A stretch of DNA of 64,000 bases from Octopus sinensis (Eukaryota), in contig NC_043011.1 of the NCBI RefSeq assembly GCF_006345805.1, positions 66,538,464 through 66,602,463 on the forward strand, in the 5' to 3' direction. How positions within the stretch are numbered: position 1 is the first letter of the stretch; every line of letters begins with the position of its first letter. Both the position numbers and the translations under genes were made by a program. The notes beneath the pieces are model-generated. The model saw nothing but the letters and a program-made list of their open reading frames with translations. It did not search any database and was not told the DNA's origin. Of this stretch, positions 56,713 to 64,000 are shown one piece after another.

Positions 56713-59700
56713 TCATAGGATTATGCTCAAGGTCGCTTCGTCATTCATACGTGCCATTCTTGCCTCATTCACCCATCTTTTTTTTAAACATTCGCTAGAC
56801 AAAACTTGTCTCTCTACTATCACTTTCCTGTTCAAGTGGTACTTGAAGAAGTTGATGAGAGATTGACCAGAGAGGAAAGTGTTTGTCTCCAATCCTTTTA
56901 GACAAATCCACCAGATACATTCTTACACCATAGCCACAACGATGATGAAAATAGTTCTTCCTTCCCGTTTGAAGGAAGGATGCGTGACAATATTGAGGAT
57001 AGACTCAGTTGATAAACAGACTCGTCCCACACGTGACAGCAGTTGTTCGACATAAGCCCACTGATCGGAAATTTTTGGACACTGCACGAGTGCGTGCAGA
57101 ACGGTTTCGTCGCTCTGACCGCATCTCGGGCAGGTCGGCCTCGTGTTTCTCGAGCCGTGTCTGTAGAGCTTATCCCGAACGGGTAGCGCTCCTCGGTAGC
57201 ACTGCTATCCCAGGTATCTCTGGAAGTTGTCCGTCGGCCCTAGCCCGAAAGTCGTCCCTAACAGGCGGGTCGGGTATTCCTCGTCGACTTCCAGGTGCGC
57301 CCCGAGCTCGTCGTCGTACCTTCCCTCCACTAATCTCCTATAGAATGCTTGGGTTCTGATGGAGTCACTCAGGGTCGACCCGGGACGGCAGAGTTGCTTG
57401 AGAGCAACGCGACACTCGCGGTGCCTTTCGCCTTCCTCGGTATCTTTTTGATCCACGACTGCAGTTCGGTCATGGAGACAAGCTGCGGGAAATGTGCCTC
57501 ACAAACGGCGACCACACCTGATCACCGTCGTCTACGAAGAGCCTGAGATGTCGCAGTCCCAGCGCGTGTTTGTGCATCATCAACCACGGCATGTCCAATC
57601 CTCCTTTAACGGGTGTTGACAGCAAAGGGATCGCCTGACCATTGGGACGCATCCTTTCCACAAGAAGCGAAAGAGAATGCGTTCTAGTTTGGTGATGGTA
57701 GGGTCGGGACAAGGCACGACGGTCAGGCGGTAGTTGATGACGGATGCGATGTACGTGTTCGCCACCTCCGCCCGACTTTTTAGGGACAGTTTCCTGTCGG
57801 CCCATTGCCGGGTGAGAGTGACCACCCTACTCGTTATCTCGTTCCAGTTCTTCTCCATCTGGTGGTCCGGACCGTACCAGACCCCGAGCAACTCGACCGG
57901 ACCGTCGGTCCAGCGTCCCACAACGGAGGCGCTGGTGGGCGGCATGGGCTTGCTTCTCCAGGTGCCTCGTCGCAATTCCACTGACTTTTCCGGTTGATTT
58001 TCGCTCCTGTCACCGCTTCGTAGTTTTTCAGTGTCTCGCCGATCTGCTCGATGTGATCGTGGCTAGACACTATGACGGTGACGTCGTCCGCGTATGCAGA
58101 CACGCTCGTCTCGCATCCCAGTTCTCACGGGATGCCCATCAGAGTTGCCAGCTTCCGCAATAATGGTTCGAGAGTCAATACGTATAGAAGCGACGAGAGG
58201 GGGAATCCCTGACGGACCGAACGTGCGATGTCGAAAGTTCTCGATAGATGTCCATTTACGCGACTTACCGAACGGATGCCTCTGTACAAAAAAGCGGCTA
58301 TCCAGCCACGGAAGACGGGACCGAAGCCAGCCGCTCTGAGGACAGCCTCCAGGTGTCGATGGTCTACCCTATCGAAAGTTTTCGATTGATCCAAATTGAT
58401 CAGCGCCCCACCCGTGCCAGGTTCGTTAACTACCCTGTGTATGATGTAGCGCATCAGGTGGAGGTTGTCATAGCTGATCCGGCCCGGTACGCCTTGTTGA
58501 CCAGTTTCTCGATGACAAGCGCCAACCTCTTGGCTAATACCTTGGCCAAAATTTTCAAGTCTGCATTAAGCAGAGTGATGGGCCTAGAGTTATCTATTAC
58601 ATTTCCCTTGTTTAGATTTTTCTTCAGCAGTGTTACGGCTCCTCGGCTCACAAAACCAGGAATGCTCCCGTTTTGCTGCCAGTTTCAGTACACCGCTGCC
58701 ACGACGTCTCCAAACAAGTCTGACATACAACTGTAAAGCACGTAGGGTAGACCATCCAAACCCGGCGATTTGTCCCTCGAGCATTCTGCCATCGCATCCT
58801 GCACTTCCGTCGCCGTGATGGCCCCTTCGCAGCACCCTGCCGCTCTTGTTGAGAGTCGTGGTAGTCTGTGTAGGTAGGCACTGAAGTCCACCCTACGTTC
58901 TTGCCCGCCACTCGTCCCAAACAGTCGGGCAAAATGCTGTTGAAAGGCCTCACACATTTTACTTGGCTCGAGCAATTCGCGCCCCTGCTCATCTACCAGA
59001 GACCGAATGGTGGCTTTGTTGCCCTGTTGCGCCTCTGCCACCCGGGCCTCTCTCGCAACTCCAACACCTTCGTTCCTTAGATCCTTGTTCTGACAGCACA
59101 CCCTCCGTGTTTGGCGTTGAAGTGTTGGTCGAGGTCCAACCTCGCCGCCAAAACGTCGGATGCGATGCCGCTTCTAATTGGCTCTTCTATCTTCTTAACT
59201 AGCTCACCCTCTACTCTATTTCTATCTATGGCTAGTGCTTTGCTGTACCTAATCGCTTCTGCTTTTACTGCTCTCTTGAGGGCAAACCACCAAAGCCCTC
59301 TTTACTATTGTGCTAATCCGGTCTCTGAAAACCTGTCTCGATGGGAAAGACGCGTTTAGTTTCCAGTATCCGGGACCCTGCCTAAGTCTCTTACCTAAGT
59401 CTAGTGTACATGTCACAAGTTTGTGATCCTTGTAGCTGACTATGTGGAATTGTGGAAATCCTATGCTATCTCTATCTCCTGTCCTACACAGTATTCTATC
59501 TAGATACGATCTCGACGACCTGATGCAGTTGCTCCATGTCTACGTTGGTGCATTCGGGTGGTCTAGTCGGAAACTGTCAGACAGTTGAAAGCGTCTGAGC
59601 AGGTCTCTGAGGCATTTGCATCTCCGTCTATTCCTATCTCTACCCACGTAATCTACATGCGTGTCCAAGGTAGCATTCCAATCCCCCACTAAGAGTAAAG

Positions 59701-60102
59701 GACGAGACGTTCCCAAGAATACTTCTAGACGTTGAAAGAAATCCGCCCGACCTGTTAAGGGCGGTGCGTAGACTGATACAAGTCGAAAAGCGCACCCATT
59801 GCTGCCGTCGACATCCAGGACGACCAGTCTACCCTCCGGGTCTACGAATATTGTCCTTACTTTGAGATCCAGACTCTTGTGAAAAAGTACCGCGGTGCCA
59901 CTACCGCCCATTCTCGGCAGACAGGGGAAAAAATAAATGTTGAACTGTCCGCCAAACATGGTCTTTAGGGCCCGCGGTTTGTGGAGTCTGGTCTCACTTA
60001 TGGCTATGATTTCTAACTTATGTGACTTTATGTCATTTAAGAGGTACCCTTGTTTCCAAGGGACCCCAAGCCACGCGCATTTACACAACCAATCTTGATC
60101 AT
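56713..60102 (-). pseudogene. Tx1/L1 ORF2: AP endonuclease, reverse transcriptase, C-terminal Cys/His motif (frameshifted)
   Basis: MIKIGCVNARGLGS; ISETRL; GRLVVLD; LVSVYAP; VGDWNA; SYLDRI; GYWKLN; KSPGLDGLP; RPITLLNADLKILAK; DQSKTFDRVDH; VRQGFPLSSLLY; AYADDV; CPRC..ETVLHALVQC. Confidence 0.93.
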
Positions 60103-60146
60103 AGTCCTAATGAATTAGAATACAAGTGAGAGGAACAGAGGGTTAC

Positions 60147-62071
60147 TTACTGCTCGAAAGTTTTTGCTTTCTCCTCCGTTGGTTTGTCCTCGAGAAGATC
60201 CCAGTACAGTTTCTTTGTGAGATATTTTTGGCATTTACCAACCGCACTGGGGAAAATGCCTTTGAGTGTGTGGTGCAGACTTTTGGAGATGTGTAATATT
60301 TTGATGTGGTCTGGTGGTGTTGTGTATGGGTGATTGTTTGTTTTTATGTCATCTTCTGTTATGTTTGTTTTTGATTGGATGTATTCCATCAAATTTGTGT
60401 TTTTGGTGTCTATAGCTGTGAGCATGTTTGCTGTATATATTTTTGTGGTGTTGGTGTGGCTGTTGTTTGTGTTGGGTTTTGAAATGTCTTCGGGAGATAT
60501 ATTCCCCCTGCTTTGTTTGTGTTTGCATTTGGTTTGGTTGTGTTTCTGCTCTTTATTTTCCTTCTTTTTGTAGCTATTTGCCATTCCTCATTGGTTTCGT
60601 CTTCCGACGAATTTTCTGAGGAATCAGTAGGGGGTAGGGGTATGTTGTAGGCTTCTATATATGTCTGTGTAAGTGGTTGTGTTGTTGTTTTCATTGCTGT
60701 TGGTTGTTGAGTGTTTGTGTGTGGTGAGTGCGGTATAAGGGATGGGGAATCAGTTTTTGCATATTTTCTTTGTTTTTCTGTTCCTTTGGTTCTTGCTGTT
60801 GTTGGTGGTGTTGGTATTTTTTCAGGTGTTGAGTAATTTTTGGTTGTTGACGGATTAGCTTGGTGTGCTTCTCTTGTCGTCTTCTGTGTTGATGGTGGTG
60901 TGGGTAGTAGAGCTTTTTTCTCGGGGTGTTTTGGTTGCGGTTGTGGTTGTTGTTGTTGCTCTTGGTGTGCAGTGGTTGGGCACGTCTTTTTCAAGTGTGT
61001 TTCGCTTCCACACAAATAGCAACGTTGTCGCCTGCCCTCTACCACTACATAAAGTTTGTAGCCCCCTGGCATTTCTATAGCGGTGGGTATCTTTTCTCTT
61101 GTTTCATCCAATTGAAGAAGGAATTGGATTGATTTTCCCACCCAGTCTTTCTGTCCTGGAACAGCGATTTCAAGGATGTTTGTCTCTGCCATTTCAAAGC
61201 AGATAGCAGAGACTAACCATTGTATTTCGACTTCAGGTGGTACATTTTTTATTTGGACTTTCCTCACTCTCTGGTTTAAATAGATTGGTATCATTACCAA
61301 GTTGTCTAAATGCAGCTCCAATGTGGAAAATTGTTTTGCTAAATTTTCGTTGAGGAAACGTACTTGGACTGTACCAAACTTATTTCCCCAACTGATATAC
61401 TCATTAGAGTCCCATGCAGGACGAACGTATTTTTCAATTTTTTTCCTGCGGTGCATTTTCTGGTCGTCTTGTTTTCTTGTTGATGACTTTGTAGATTATT
61501 GTTTTTTTTGTGTGTTTTCCACGATGTGTTGTGGAATGTGAAGATGCAGTTTATCTCCTTCTTTGGTGAAGAGTGCTTTTGTGAGGTTTATTTCCTGTGT
61601 GGTGAATTTCACGATTGTTCGCTTTTGTTTTGTCACATCCGCGAAATTCATTTTAATTTTGGCGGTGTTAGCAGCTGAAGAGTTAGTTGTAGCAGTTGAA
61701 GTCGTGGTAGTGGTGTTGGTGGTGTTGTCTTTGGTAGGCTGCTTTGTGCTGATTTCGTTGTTGTTGATGTTGGTAGTGATGGTGGTGGTGCTGGCATTCA
61801 TGTTTTTGTCTGTATTCGTATTTGAAATCCCTTTCTCCGTCCTTTTTTCATCGACAAGTGGTGTAGGGAGTGGGGGAAAATCTAAATTAATGTCTTTGGT
61901 CGCGGTGATGGTGAATGGTCTTGCGACGTTAGTTTTGTTGTTGTTGTTGTTGGTGGTGGTGACAGTGGTGTTCAAGCTGCGAGGTTTAGCAGCTAGTAGT
62001 AGCAATAGTGTTTCGCTACCGTTCCGCATGACTGGCGGGCTAGCCACGTGGTTTCTAGTTGCCATTTTCAA
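60147..62071 (-). pseudogene. Tx1/L1 ORF1 with CCHC zinc knuckle and Thr/Asn/Pro-rich low-complexity arms (frameshifted)
   Basis: Three consecutive minus-strand ORFs (62071-61496, 61456-60410, 60584-60147); CYLCGSETHLKKTC zinc knuckle; VQIKNVPPEV segment. Confidence 0.85.
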
Positions 62072-62286
62072 AATGAAAAATGGCTAAAAGAAACCCTCGA
62101 AAGTTTTGAAAGATTTTGGTAATTTCGCCCATACAGGGCGGAATTCTACGTGAATAATTCTCAGGTTTTTTAGTGAATGAACTTGCACAACGATTAAAAC
62201 AAAATATTTGACAACAAGGAGTTTTAAACAAGTAAAAGTGGCCAACTTACGTGGAGCCCATTTGACTAGCAATCGTTCATGTCGAA

Positions 62287-62296
62287 GATAGATAGG

Positions 62297-62382
<86 letters not shown>
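62287..62382. repeat. (GATA)n microsatellite at the 5' junction of the full-length Tx1 LINE
   Basis: Directly visible. Confidence 0.97.
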
Positions 62383-63039
62383 TACAGGTAATCCGTAAGA
62401 CAGACAACCAGACATCATGATGCTAACAGTAGGCACACAAATACATAGAGATACGATGTGTACACGTGTTCTTGTCTCTACACTCGAAATAGTTCATATA
62501 TATATTGCTGCTAAGAGGAGAAACACACGAACACATGCACATATCGTATCTGTATGTATTTGTGTGACTGTTGTTAGCAGTATGATGTCTGACTGATTGT
62601 CTTACTGACTACCTTTCCATCTATCTGTATGTGTGTGTCGGTGAGTTTGTGTGCGTGCGTCCGTTTGTGTATGCACAAACATGCATGTATATGTACACAT
62701 CTAAACATATACACGCAGATTTATATATATATATGTGGGTGTGTATTTGAAATCTTGTGAGGGTGTGTAAGTTTTTGTTACCGTGAGTGTATATGCGTAT
62801 GTGTCATGGGTAAGAACGCGCATGTTAAAGTCTAATACGAATTTACTGTGATCGCGACGGGTGAAAGTTTGAAGTTTGCAAGTGAAAGATAGTTTGTGTT
62901 CTTGACAAGAATCTTTAGGACAGATACGCTTGGGGGTTTTGCACAGTGTTCCAGGGAACATTATTGGTATGTAAGAGCGTTTTGTTACGTTGGCGGTTGT
63001 CCTGAAATATATATCTATGTCTATCTCTATCTCTCTCTT

Positions 63040-63074
<35 letters not shown>

Positions 63075-63214
63075 GTATATATATATATATATATATATAT
63101 TGGAAAAGGATGAGTGGCGTTCGACCATATAATAATATAAATAATATATAAATATATGCATATATAGATGCATATATGTACATACCTATATATGTATGTA
63201 TATATACATGCATA

Positions 63215-63480
63215 TATGGGTACAGGACATCGAAAAAACCGTTGAACACAATGAGAAACGAAAACATACAAACGAAAACATAGAAAATGAACTTTCTTTC
63301 GGACAACGAAAAAAACAAAGAAACGGGACATGCAACATAAAGAATATTCCCCTTCATCACTTGTCGCTGTTTCATCTACTCCGCGTAACGAGGGGAAAGG
63401 ACGATATGTAACTGATTTGAAACAGTCCTTCCTGCAAAGCAAATTAAATCAAATTAGGGATTTTTTTGTGGCGGGAAATG
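63215..63480. mobile_element. Interspersed repeat, possibly a Penelope-like terminal region
   Basis: gggtacaggacatcg...acaatgagaaacgaaaacata...ccccttcatca resembles a repeat I recall from octopus; no coding support. Confidence 0.3.
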
Positions 63481-63564
63481 TGCTAACAAGAACATGACAG
63501 CGAGATTTTTAAAATTTCTCATATTTAAGAGCAATTATCTGAAATCCAGTACACGCTGTTCACA

Positions 63565-63626
<62 letters not shown>

Positions 63627-64000
63627 TTAATCAAATATATTGTTTGAGAATAGTGTATACTTGGTTTCAGATAAGTGTCCTTATATGAGAAACGTTTAAA
63701 CTTTTAATTGTATTTAGAGTTTCAAATTGAGCAATTCTACATTAGAAAGTAAAAGCAAGAAAATTACATCATAGAATTCACAGAAGGGATACGTCCATAA
63801 TATAAATACTATTGTATTAGTAAATGAATATATAAAGTATAACTATGCTTATTTATATACCAATAACTTTTTAAATAATAGCTTTATCATAATATTTTAT
63901 ATAGCATCTATTCAATGCGATTGATTACACGGAAATTCATCCTTTTGTGTGATGAGGGGATGAGAACCTAATAATGATTATGAATTCTGGATTTCCTTTC

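Larger units (their letters stand above)
56379..62285 (-). mobile_element. Full-length Tx1/L1-clade LINE (~5.9 kb) embedded in (GATA)n
   Basis: 5' UTR, ORF1, ORF2 (EN-RT-zf) and 3' UTR ending AATAACGAAAC; (GATA)n at 62287-62382 on the 5' side and 56170-56333 on the 3' side, with a short TA/GA spacer. Confidence 0.93.

Noticed and set aside
57009-59359. Plus-strand ORFs overlapping the Tx1 LINE (also 44837-45291, 45770-47421)
   Set aside because: Antisense shadows of GC-rich ORF2.
63330-63380. Hammerhead-like GTGATGAAGGGG on the minus strand
   Set aside because: Core C is missing and there is no stem II-GAAA closure.

Overview
AT-rich, microsatellite-saturated eukaryotic DNA, almost entirely transposable-element derived. 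It is most likely from an octopus or related coleoid cephalopod, judged from my recollection of its tRNA-derived SINE family and Dong/R4 LINEs; this is not verified by search. I found no supportable host protein-coding gene, rRNA, true tRNA gene or CRISPR array. Layout: (1) 0.4-9.7 kb: a same-strand SINE cluster, a decayed Ginger2/TDD-type transposase, a perfect ~200-bp palindrome, a 5'-truncated CR1-type LINE and a Penelope GIY-YIG fragment. (2) 16.8-62.3 kb: a tandem duplication X-[16.6 kb]-Y / X'-Y'. The spacer in the first unit is a co-oriented pile of R4/Dong LINEs embedded in (TAA)n arrays. (3) Tx1/L1-clade LINEs sit at the paralogous (GATA)n microsatellite of both Y and Y'. The Y' copy is full length and flanked by (GATA)n on both sides. 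The two LINE copies differ by roughly 10% while their flanks differ by about 1%, suggesting independent insertions into the same microsatellite. The last ~42 nt of this LINE are shared with the 3' tail of one SINE subfamily. The best candidate for an undescribed system is therefore a (GATA/TCTA)n-preferring Tx1-clade LINE with a partner tRNA-SINE. All identities are hand counts and need computational confirmation.
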